Of a stretch of 64,000 nucleotides of DNA, positions 1-9,960 are shown one piece after another; positions within the stretch are counted from its first letter, which is position 1, and each line of letters opens with the position of its first letter. Made by a program: the position numbers and the translations under genes. Under the pieces are notes generated by a model, which saw nothing but the letters and a program-made list of their open reading frames with translations, had not been told where the DNA came from and did no database searches. Where the stretch lies: the NCBI GenBank assembly GCA_044892525.1, contig CM097886.1, forward strand, positions 162,986,312-163,050,311, written 5' to 3'. Source of the DNA: Schmidtea polychroa (taxonomy: Eukaryota).

Positions 1-1179
1 TTGGGGCAATCAAACCTTCGTACCTCACTGAATTATTATCAACTCGATTGCTAAGGAAATTAATGAAGTTAATTAATTAAATTAAGGAAGTTAATTACAA
101 TTTTCTCATTGGTGTTGTCAAACGATCTTTGCTCATTCGAGATGTCATAATACATTATTGATCAATAGTAATTGTTCGGAGATTCGGCCAAATGCTGATA
201 TCCCTGAAATATTATGAAATTTTAGGATATAAATGCTTAAAATTTTAATTTATTTACATTATTATATCAAAGTTAACTAAAATCATATATTTATTCAAAA
301 TTTGTTATTTAACATTAATTATAATTACTATAATAAAACAACGAAAATTTAAATAATGTTAAATAACTTTAACAAAACAAAAAGTAATAATGAAATCAAA
401 ATTCCATTACTTTATTTAAATTATTAGTTACCAACTTGTTCTAGTATTTTAACATAATGAATTCAAGTATATTACGGAGTTAGTTTGGTCATTTGAGGAA
501 TATTATAAATTGAAAATTTAAGTAGATTAGAATTATTTACTCTTCATAAGAACTTTTATGATTGTAATGAATCTAAACTTCATATATTAATATTACCCAT
601 AATTTACAAGTGATATTTGGATTATGTTAAAATAGGTTGTAAGTTAACTTAACTAAATTGAAATTTTCTTTTGATCAGGTTATCGTGGGGAATGCATGTT
701 ATCTTTATCATTTCTATTGTTTCAGTTTATTAAGTTTTTTTTTTTTCTAATTAAATTCATTAGTCTCAAAAATTTCTTGAGGTTTGTTTAATAAACTATG
801 GTTAGGTTTCACTTAATTTATATTCAAACATTTTAGATGTGGTGTTGTATGAACAGGCTTTAATAGAGTAATGTATGATTCCTGATGACTTATGATCGTT
901 TGAGGATAGAAAGTTTGTATAGGCATAGTTGAGGAAGTGATTATAATAAGGGACCTGCGTAAATCGGACATACATCTTCTAACGATAGTCCGTGAACCCA
1001 TTAGAGTGCTCGACAATTACAGTGCAAGTAGTGCGCTCACTTTTTGCGAGTACTCACCCTCTTGATACAGTACCAACGTTGATCGTTCAACGGGTATCAA
1101 GCGGTAAACAATGTTGTATTCTGGGTTACGCTGGAAACAGCACTAAAGAACAAAATATTTGATCATCAGTAACCCACCA
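1..1179 (+). mobile_element. 3' part of the 5' LTR of a giant Gypsy-like LTR retroelement
   Basis: 1-1179 recurs at 16048-17226 with a constant offset of 16047 (the same 67-aa ORF at 813 and 16860). It ends in ...GTAACCCACCA and is followed by a PBS. Confidence 0.92.
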
Positions 1180-1187
1180 TACAAATT

Positions 1188-1205
1188 TGGGGGCTCAGCC
1201 GGGAT
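1188..1205 (+). promoter_or_regulatory. Primer-binding site, tRNA-Pro type
   Basis: TGGGGGCTCAGCCGGGAT matches the classical tRNA-Pro PBS TGGGGGCTCGTCCGGGAT at 16/18 positions. It lies 8 nt after the LTR end and is absent after the 3' LTR. Confidence 0.85.
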
Positions 1206-1975
1206 TATAAACTTTCTTGGTAAAGAACCTGTAAGTAGACGGGAATGCATAGCGTTTTTATGATCAGGAAATGAAATGCTTTATGCAAGAGTAAGAAAGA
1301 TTGTTTTCTCAAATAACTAGACATGATGTGTGAATATGCGTGTAAGATCAAAATGAATGTTGAACGTTGTACATGATGAATAAAATGTTTTAAATTATGT
1401 AAATATAGAAAATCGATAAAACTGGGTATGAGAATAATGTATGAGCGTTCCGTGTTGATGGGATAGAATGTTGATGGGTAAGAAATGAAATAAAAATCAA
1501 AAATAATAAAAATTGTAAATATAAACAACTAATACTTTGTAAATATAAGAAAATAATAAAAAATTCAAAAATAGGGAAAAGGGGGGATAGATGATAACGG
1601 TCTATAGAAAAGGGGGATAAAGCATGAAACAGTGAATTGCGAAATAGAAATAGATAGATAATGCAATTAATTAAAAATAGGGGGAAGATGTAAAACTACG
1701 TTAAAGATTAAAGGGGTATATTGAGTATTTGATAAAATGTCTAAAATTATGGACAAGCTGGGATCAAAAGGGTTATGTAGACTAAGATAATAAACTAGAG
1801 GGAACGGATAAGAATGCGCGGAACATCATTTAATGGATTGGGAGCTTAAACTAACAGGGTAAAACAGCTATTGAACTTACATAATTTGAATAAGGAAATA
1901 AATGGGTAGAGGTTAAGCTAATTAAAGGGGAATAAGAACACTTAATAAAATGCTGAATTAATAAAGTATAACTTG

Positions 1976-2468
1976 ATGGAATTAACCGGCTACATTATAA
2001 AGAAACTTGAAAATTCGTAAAACTCACTACAAAGATTGAATTGAAAAGCAGAGCAGTTGGCAAACACTCAAGAAGGGCTGATCTTAAAACCAAGACCAGT
2101 AGATGATGAATTGTGTATAATGACGAGAATTGCTACACCAAATGTGGAATTAACTACTCAAAGAGTATATCAGATTCAGAATTTACGTTTAGATAAGGCC
2201 AAATTTAACATCAAATGGCAAGAATTAAAGATAAAAATTTAAACGGTTGAAGATGCGATAAGAGAGGCGATCGATAATGAATTCAAATGTTGTGTGTGTA
2301 GAAGCAATGAGATAAAAATAATGATGGTACCTTGCGGACATCTATGTTATTGCCAAGATTGTGCATTGAAACTGAAGCGATTGTAATGTATGTGACGCAA
2401 ACATGAGAGAAAGAGTAGTAGTGTACCTCCCTGAGGGAGATGTAGAAAAATTGAAGATGATGAAATGA
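1976..2468 (+). pseudogene. Decayed ORF with a C-terminal C3HC4 RING finger (IAP/MUL1/neuralized-like RING-HC) inside the retroelement
   Basis: Reading through three stops and one frameshift at about 2381 gives ...FKCCVCRSNEIKIMMVPCGHLCYCQDCALKLKR/CNVCDANMRERVVVYL, with all 8 Zn ligands and the typical PCGH motif. Confidence 0.8.
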
Positions 2469-3876
2469 ATTGCAGCCGAGTGTGAGTTAGTAGAATGTTA
2501 GTAAAACTAATTCCATAATAGCAACCGAAAGGTATAAAACATACGTTGAACATAGACATATGAAATACACAAAAGCCGTTAAATAAATAGACAAGCAACA
2601 CACAAATTAAATTGGCGAAAGCCGTGAATTAAATACAGGACTGGCTGGGATCGCATCAAGTGTGAGCTGATCTATAAGATCAGTACGATTACCATTTTTT
2701 TTTCCTGTTTTTTTTTATTTTTGGCATAGAGAGACAGGACCATAAGGGGATGAGAAGCATATCGTCCCTACGATGCTTACCCGGATGGGGAAATCCTGAT
2801 CACCTTGATGAGAAGAGTATAGTAGGGCCCATCGCAAATGTTGGGGAGTTTCTGTCGAGTGACTGATCACCACTTGTGGGAAATGAACCAACGCGATTAT
2901 TACATTTTTTGAATTTGGGAGACAAGGACAAACTAGAAGGTAAATAAAAAGAAAAAGATAAAAAATAAAAATTGAAAAGGTGCACCAAAAGATAAAAATT
3001 TTAATTATCCGAGAGCAGCTGCGGATTTGAAGAAACCGTTTTTGGACTTCAAATTGGAGGATATGAATTTTTCCCTAGCGAGTGATGAGGCACCCGAGTA
3101 CAGCGGCTAACCACCGGACTGTAGTGTCCAGGAGATTATCAGCCAAGGGACTGATGATGCTGGATCACCCAATACAAAAACCCGGATACCCACACCGAGT
3201 ATTGGGTGCATTTTTTTTTGATTGGCTAGCGGGACTTGATACAAAAACCCGGAAGGGTAGCGAGCGAGAGAGACCCAGTTACCTACACCGAGTATTAAGG
3301 AGCCCAGTGAAACGGTTGTGAGATGCGGGTCAACCGGTAAAGGACTCGTACTCAACAGGCAACCAAGATTGGACCAGTTGTGAGGCGGGAGACCGAGAGT
3401 CAACTGCATATCCAATTTCCTTTTATCTTCACTAGTCGGGAGATCTGGTTCATCACTTTTGAGAATCAAGATCGAGGCGATTAGGCATTTCCGTGTTTTT
3501 TAAATCCTGATAGATAGGATGTTTTTTTCTTCGTGATTATTGCTAGCAGGGGTCGGTACAAAACCCGGATGCCCACACCGAGTACCGATAGGCCCAGTGA
3601 AACGGCGATGAGATTAGGGTTACCGGTATTAAACTCTTTTCAATAGGCGGCCAAGAATTGAGCTAGTTGTGAGGCCTCAGCAGATTAATAATTTGAGTAG
3701 GAGGAACCTTAAATTTTTAATTGGTCCGAAAGTCAACTGTCAACTCAATTTAATCGCGGTAGGGACGATAGTAGGTGTAAAAACTGAAGGCGTCTGGGGG
3801 TTGAAGAAACCTCATTTAGGGCATTTGAAACCGATCAGGGACCGAAGACCGCGAATACGGCGTAAAGGTGTAAAAG

Positions 3877-4715
3877 CCCAGGCGTCTAGGAGTCGTAAAA
3901 GACTTCAAAGATTAAAAGTATAATTAAACCGGCCGGAAGCCGATGCCGACGCGGAGGTCTAATAAACCGAAGCGTTGATGGTTGATAGTGAATTATATGG
4001 CGTAATGGTGTAAATACCCAGGCGTCTAGGAGTCGTAAAAGACTTCGGAGATTAAAAGTATAATTAAACCGGCCGGAAGCCGATGCCGACGCGGAGGTCG
4101 AATAAACCGAAGCGTTGATGGTTGATAGTGAATTATATGGCGTAACGGTGTAAGAACCCAGGCGTCTAGGAGTCGTAAAAGACTTCAAAGTTTAAAATAT
4201 GATTAAACCGGCCGGAAGCCGATGCCGACGCGGAGGTCGAATAAACCGAAGCGTTGATGGTTGATAGTGAATTATATGGCGTAATGGTGTTAAAGCCCAG
4301 GCGTCTAGGAGTCGTAAAAGACTTCAAAGATTAAAAGTATAATTAAACCGGCCGGAAGCCGATGCCGACGCGGAGGTCTAATAAACCGAAGCGTTGATGG
4401 TTGATAGTGAATTATATGGCGTAATGGTGTAAATACCCAGGCGTCTAGGAGTCGTAAAAGACTTCGGAGATTAAAAGTATAATTAAACCGGCCGGAAGCC
4501 GATGCCGACGCGGAGGTCGAATAAACCGAAGCGTTGATGGTTGATAGTGAATTATATGGCGTAATGGTGTTAAAGCCCAGGCGTCTAGGAGTCGTAAAAG
4601 ACTTCATGAGATTAAAATGAGTTGATTAAACCGGCCAGAGAGCCGATGGTAATTGAATGAAAATAAATGATTTAAATGAAATAAGAGAGGTGATTAAACC
4701 AGCCAGGGAGCCGAT
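3877..4715. repeat. Tandem array of about 140-bp units with a 419-bp higher-order repeat
   Basis: CCCAGGCGTCTAGG starts at 3877, 4017, 4157, 4296, 4436 and 4576. Units 1/4 and 2/5 share diagnostic variants. Confidence 0.95.
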
Positions 4716-5592
4716 GGTAAATAAATGTAGACGTAGAGGTCGCGCGAACCGAAGCGTCGATGATTAACTATGAACGAAATAAAAGAGATAAACGATTAAG
4801 ATGAAATCGATTAAATTGACATAGATTAAGTGCGACAAAGAGGTAATGATTAAAGGAAAATTATGATAGAGCGCCGGCGCAAGAGAAAATGAAACCAAAT
4901 TTTTGAATGGGGAAAAGCGAATGAGGAGATATTAATTAAGTTACTGATGAGTTTTATATGTATATGACTAATGATATATATTTTTGAATTATATAATTGA
5001 TGTTGTGATTATACGATAGATAATTGATACGACGATATAGATAATTGATACGAGTTATAGATAATTAAAAATGGACTTAAATTCAAAGGGGGGTGAGTAG
5101 CAAAAAGTAAAAGCGTACCATGAATTAGAAAAGGAACAGCGAGAGAAATAATGAGTAAAGAGTAGTATAAAATAAAGAAAATAGGGAAATAAATGAAGGG
5201 TAGGATAAAATGAATAAAATATTATGATATGTACTAGGAGTGTTAATTATTTTAGAATAAGTCAATCAATAAGTCAGAAGGAAGTCAATACAAGCCAAGA
5301 ATTCAAGAGAAATAAAGAGAAATCAAAAATTCAAAAGAAAACAACTAAGGAATCAAGAGAATCAAACGAGGATAGAAGAAAGGTAAACAAAGTCAAATTA
5401 AATAACAAGAGGAAAATTAAAGCGTTGGCCAACGAAACACAGTGAAATTCAAAAGAGATTATTAAAGCAAGAAAAATTGATAATAAAGCCAATCGAACGA
5501 GATCGCAGAGCAAAGGAGGCTCTAGTTTATTAGGAAACGCAGGGAGACAAAGAGCCAAGAGAAACAGAAGAATCAATAAGAAACCAGCGTCA

Positions 5593-8500
5593 GTGAAAAC
5601 ATTATTTGAATCAGACAGCTTAACCAACGAAAGTGAAAACAGCGACGATATTAAAAGAAACGAATTATATCCGGTAACTGATATCAAACCAACAGACAAG
5701 GAAGATAGTAGTTCAGGCATAACAAGTTTGTGTCGAGATATAATGTTAGACGGAAACCAAGTGAACAACCCGAATGGGTCAGAGTCGACATACACACCCG
5801 AAATAAACCATGTCAACGTCAATGTTGGAGAATTTAGAGAAAGATTTCGAGGAGAACCATTCGATGGGAATATTAATGAACTAGAAACGTTTATAAAAGA
5901 ATTCGAGGTATATATTACGATATGTCACTGGCCAGACATAGTCGTACGAGAGCGAATACCATTATATTTAAGAGGAAGTGCACAAGATGTATATTTAGAG
6001 GCAAAGTGTGATACAACAAAACTAAAAACATGGAAATCAATAAAGAATTTTTTAATAAAAACATTCGGTAGCAAAAGGGAAGTAAATCGCAAAATGTTGG
6101 ATTTTCTGCATCGAAAGCAGAAATACAATGAGTCAAACGCACTATATGCAGGTGAATTAAGACGACTGGCAAAAGAAGCATTCGATTCAAATCAAACAGT
6201 TCCGGAAGACAAGATAATAGCCGTATTCGTAGAGGGTATGAAAAGAAAGGACATACGAGCAACAGTGGGTTGCCGAGCGCCAGACACGCTCGAGGAAGCA
6301 TTAAAAATCGCTAATAAATGTGAAAACTACTTGACTCCAGTACAAGTAGCAGCAATGGCAGCAGTACCAATAGCTACAACACCAACAACGACAACCGAAA
6401 TTAATCAAACCAACAATGAAAATCTAGGAATGAATCAATTTATCTCAGAATCGCAACAGTTGTTCAAGGCGCCAAAAACGACAAATCCAGATAACAGAGG
6501 TAATATTCAATTTTACACTAATAATTTCAGGAGCAACGAGAACAATAATCGGAAGTGTAACATATGTCAACGACTAGGACATTGGAGCAACGAGTGTTAT
6601 AAGACAAGGATGTGCCAAAATTGCGGTAAAAGGGGTCACACAGAAAATATATGCCGAGGACCAATGATGTCGATGAGAAGAGGAAGGACTAGAACCTGCT
6701 ACAGTTGCAACCAACTTGGACATGTGGCGAGAGAATGCGCGATGAAGACAAAACATAATCAACCAAGAGCAAACGATCCAAGTCAAAATATACAAATCAA
6801 CATCATGCAGAAAATTGAACAGTTGAAAAAGATGATCCAACGGATACCAGAGGATATCCGGAAACGACCAACAAGAGAACAACAAGACCAGCAACGAATC
6901 GAAGGGCAGAGACCACTAAACGAAAAAGCCAGAGAAATTCAAAAAAGATGGAAAAAGCGAGAAACCAACACCGGAAGAATAAATATGATGAGATTAATGA
7001 ACAAAGGGGAACCGCACACTGCGGAGCAGTGTGTTAACAAGAAAGGGAGCGATATGACCGTAATCAACGAGACAAAAGTGATAAAAGAAAATGGGTCACA
7101 TCAATTGACGGAGCAATTGACAGAACTGAGTAGCGAGGATAAAATAAAAATAATACAAGGGTTCACCAAAGAAGAAAAAGAAAAGAGACGAAGAAGAGAT
7201 GAAACAGGGCACGAACCAAAAAGCAACGAGATTGTTACAAAGAATCGAATTCAGAGGGTATTACTACAAAAAATTGAAGATAGAATTAGAAGAGAAGAAC
7301 CAAAATTAACGGATGAGCAAGTAAAAGAAAAAGTAAAAGACAACTGGTTCAGGAAAAATGAGTGGTTCGAAAAGAAAGAACCAAGTAACAGAGCCAATAT
7401 AAACATGCTGAGACAAATACAGAATGATCAGACGGATCAGGAAGACGGGAAAAGTGCGATGAGTAGCCTGAGAAGTGAATTATCTCAATCAAGTGATGAA
7501 AATAATGAACAAGGAACACCTCAAAATAACGAAGAGGGTGAGAGCGACGATATGGGATCACTGATAGAAAATGACGATGAGGAAATATTCGAGGAAATTT
7601 CCGACATGGTATCGGAAAGAGAACGAAATGAGAGCTATATCAACGAACCAACATACAGAAAATGTATAAAACTGATAACTCAAGCATACCAGTGGGAAGG
7701 AGATATATTAACGGCAACATGGAAAGATTTGGTGACGAAATATAAAGGAAAATTGAAAGAAGTTGATCCAGATCAATACCAAGTAAGTATTCAACACCCT
7801 GAAACTCAGATACAGATTATTGAATTAAAAGTAACAAATACCGATAAACTGTATAATTGGGTACAACAAAAGATGGGAACAAGTCATAAAAATAAACAGC
7901 TATACGACAATGGTTATAAAGTTAAAATGAGCATACATTTAGTAGATATGATGAGATGGCCAAACGAAGTTAATATCTTAATCTTAAAGAAAAACAGAGA
8001 CAGCGAATCAGTAACGGAAATACTGAGGAAAATCCAACAGATATTCAACAATGAAGTGGAACCAGAAATAGAAAAGACTGAACAAAAGATAATGAAGGAA
8101 AATCAAATAATCGTAGTAAAACAAGCAATCGATCAAGCGAAGAAATATATTAACAGATTTAGGGAAAGATGGCCGCAGCTAATGAAACAGTTTGTCAAAG
8201 ACGTACGGGATACTGAGATTATGGGATTTGAATATAAACGAGCAACGGAGTTGATATCAAAATATGGTGAATACGAGAGAATCAGATGTGAACAAGAATT
8301 ACCATGGCCATCCAACAGAAAAGTGACAATAGTAAGAGAATCACTGAAGAATAGTCATTTAAATAAACACGAAGAAATGATCAAAACATCACATGTCGAA
8401 GACGACATTTTTGGAAAAGGCCGGAGTGGAAAAAATGACAAAGACCATAACGACAAAAATGAGGAAGACGACGGGAACCATGAAAGGAACAACATAAATG

Positions 8501-8745
8501 GGAACTCAAACGAACGAGATAATGAAGAAGACAAGGAGTCAGAAGATGACGACGAAGACTTGAAGGATACTGAGGACAACTCAGACCAAAGTGAAGACAA
8601 CCAACATAATGAAACAGAGAACGACAAACGAAAGTCCCCACTGCATAACATAGTAATGCGGAAGAATCTAAACCAGTCACTCCTACTACAAATTATCCTA
8701 ATAATACTAACGTCAATTTACCTAACAGAAACGAAAAATAGGTGA
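5593..8745 (+). CDS. gag: Gag polyprotein (Ty3/Gypsy capsid, three CCHC zinc knuckles, long charged/acidic extension, C-terminal hydrophobic signal-like segment)
   Basis: 1050-aa intact ORF. Capsid-like FDGNINELETFIKEFE...W...LYLRGSAQDVY...TLEEALKIA; knuckles CNICQRLGHWSNEC, CQNCGKRGHTENIC and CYSCNQLGHVAREC. Confidence 0.92.
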   Translation: MKTLFESDSLTNESENSDDIKRNELYPVTDIKPTDKEDSSSGITSLCRDIMLDGNQVNNPNGSESTYTPEINHVNVNVGEFRERFRGEPFDGNINELETFIKEFEVYITICHWPDIVVRERIPLYLRGSAQDVYLEAKCDTTKLKTWKSIKNFLIKTFGSKREVNRKMLDFLHRKQKYNESNALYAGELRRLAKEAFDSNQTVPEDKIIAVFVEGMKRKDIRATVGCRAPDTLEEALKIANKCENYLTPVQVAAMAAVPIATTPTTTTEINQTNNENLGMNQFISESQQLFKAPKTTNPDNRGNIQFYTNNFRSNENNNRKCNICQRLGHWSNECYKTRMCQNCGKRGHTENICRGPMMSMRRGRTRTCYSCNQLGHVARECAMKTKHNQPRANDPSQNIQINIMQKIEQLKKMIQRIPEDIRKRPTREQQDQQRIEGQRPLNEKAREIQKRWKKRETNTGRINMMRLMNKGEPHTAEQCVNKKGSDMTVINETKVIKENGSHQLTEQLTELSSEDKIKIIQGFTKEEKEKRRRRDETGHEPKSNEIVTKNRIQRVLLQKIEDRIRREEPKLTDEQVKEKVKDNWFRKNEWFEKKEPSNRANINMLRQIQNDQTDQEDGKSAMSSLRSELSQSSDENNEQGTPQNNEEGESDDMGSLIENDDEEIFEEISDMVSERERNESYINEPTYRKCIKLITQAYQWEGDILTATWKDLVTKYKGKLKEVDPDQYQVSIQHPETQIQIIELKVTNTDKLYNWVQQKMGTSHKNKQLYDNGYKVKMSIHLVDMMRWPNEVNILILKKNRDSESVTEILRKIQQIFNNEVEPEIEKTEQKIMKENQIIVVKQAIDQAKKYINRFRERWPQLMKQFVKDVRDTEIMGFEYKRATELISKYGEYERIRCEQELPWPSNRKVTIVRESLKNSHLNKHEEMIKTSHVEDDIFGKGRSGKNDKDHNDKNEEDDGNHERNNINGNSNERDNEEDKESEDDDEDLKDTEDNSDQSEDNQHNETENDKRKSPLHNIVMRKNLNQSLLLQIILIILTSIYLTETKNR

Positions 8746-9960
8746 ATTACGAGAGGAAATCTGAAAGAAGGCGAACTATTCATGATAAAAGTCAGCGGCA
8801 ACGACGGAAACGCGGTCGGGATATGCATCCAATTGATGGAAGGAACCGGAGTAAGTTGTGATTTTAGAACGATAACAAAAGGGAGGATTTTCAATAGTCA
8901 AAATGGAGAACCTGAATTATGCGGAGACTACAACATTTGCGAAGACATAACATCAGAAGAAAAAGAATTGGAAAGAGCTAACGAAACCGGAGTACATGTC
9001 GCAATTAAAGCTACAATGGAAGGTATCGAAATAATAGATAAAGGAAATTTGCCAACAACGCAAATATGTTTTAGAGATGACGAAGACATATGTATAACGG
9101 TGGACATGAAACGAGATCGCGAATTTTTTTGGACAAACGTAAAACCAAACACCAACATGGTGGTATGCGCAGGTACCCAGGCAATAGTGGTATGTAAAGC
9201 AGTTAAAACCGCGCAAATAAAAAGCAGGCCAAAAAGTATGGCTAGTAAACGATATCAACCAAGGATCAAACCGGCAATTAAGAAACCCCAGAAACAATCC
9301 CGTACGGGAATGATAAGAGGACAGCACCAAACCAAGAAAAACACAACAGTAATATGGATCAAAGATGAGAGACGAGAAGTACTAGTAAATGTCGAATTCA
9401 ACAAGATAAGAGAAGAAGTAATCACGGTCAGAAACCAAGGTGAAGAACCAATAGTAAGAGTATGTGTACTAAACAGGACAGGAATAGTCGACTGCATAGA
9501 AACACTACTTGACAAAGGTGCAGAAGTTAAAATGACAATAGGAGAAAGAAAGGGACGATACCACATATGCGTTCTTAAAAACGGAAGCGATTTAAGTTCA
9601 TGCCAAGCAATAACCAGACAACGACCACGGATGATAAACATACTATTGACAACCAGAAAACCAAAAGAAGTGGAAAAGCCAAAAGGAAACGAACATCTAA
9701 CGGCAGAAGAAACGAAACAGTTATACCAGATGCTCAAGAAAAATAAAACACAAGAGGCAACTACAACAGAAACTAAAATGATGATAACGACAGGAAAATT
9801 CAACGAGACACTGATAACCGTTAAAATGATGTGGATCGCTAGCGCAATAATGAGTGCAGTGATAACATCAATAATAATCCAATGGATAAGAACCTCCAAA
9901 ATATGTAAACAAAAACCTAAAGGCAGAAAAAGATGGCCACAAGTGGAGAATTCCGAATAG
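8746..9960 (+). CDS. Cys-rich, putative type-I membrane protein (env-like?) in frame with gag
   Basis: Same frame as gag and separated by one TGA (8743-8745); first ATG at 8782. Many Cys, and a TM-like MMWIASAIMSAVITSIIIQWI followed by basic RTSKICKQKPKGRKR. No family recognised. Confidence 0.5.
   Translation: MTRGNLKEGELFMIKVSGNDGNAVGICIQLMEGTGVSCDFRTITKGRIFNSQNGEPELCGDYNICEDITSEEKELERANETGVHVAIKATMEGIEIIDKGNLPTTQICFRDDEDICITVDMKRDREFFWTNVKPNTNMVVCAGTQAIVVCKAVKTAQIKSRPKSMASKRYQPRIKPAIKKPQKQSRTGMIRGQHQTKKNTTVIWIKDERREVLVNVEFNKIREEVITVRNQGEEPIVRVCVLNRTGIVDCIETLLDKGAEVKMTIGERKGRYHICVLKNGSDLSSCQAITRQRPRMINILLTTRKPKEVEKPKGNEHLTAEETKQLYQMLKKNKTQEATTTETKMMITTGKFNETLITVKMMWIASAIMSAVITSIIIQWIRTSKICKQKPKGRKRWPQVENSE

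Noticed and set aside
1976-2468. Alternative genetic code (TAA/TAG read as Gln) suggested by stops at plausible Gln positions
   Set aside because: TGA stops and frameshifts also occur, and host genes (ORP9, sav, SMIM12) end at standard stops; simple decay explains it.
3877-4715. Possible CRISPR-like array, or coding repeats (ORFs 3886-4188 and 4305-4607)
   Set aside because: Units are near-identical along their whole length with no unique spacers, the context is eukaryotic, and the ORFs are by-products of the repeat.
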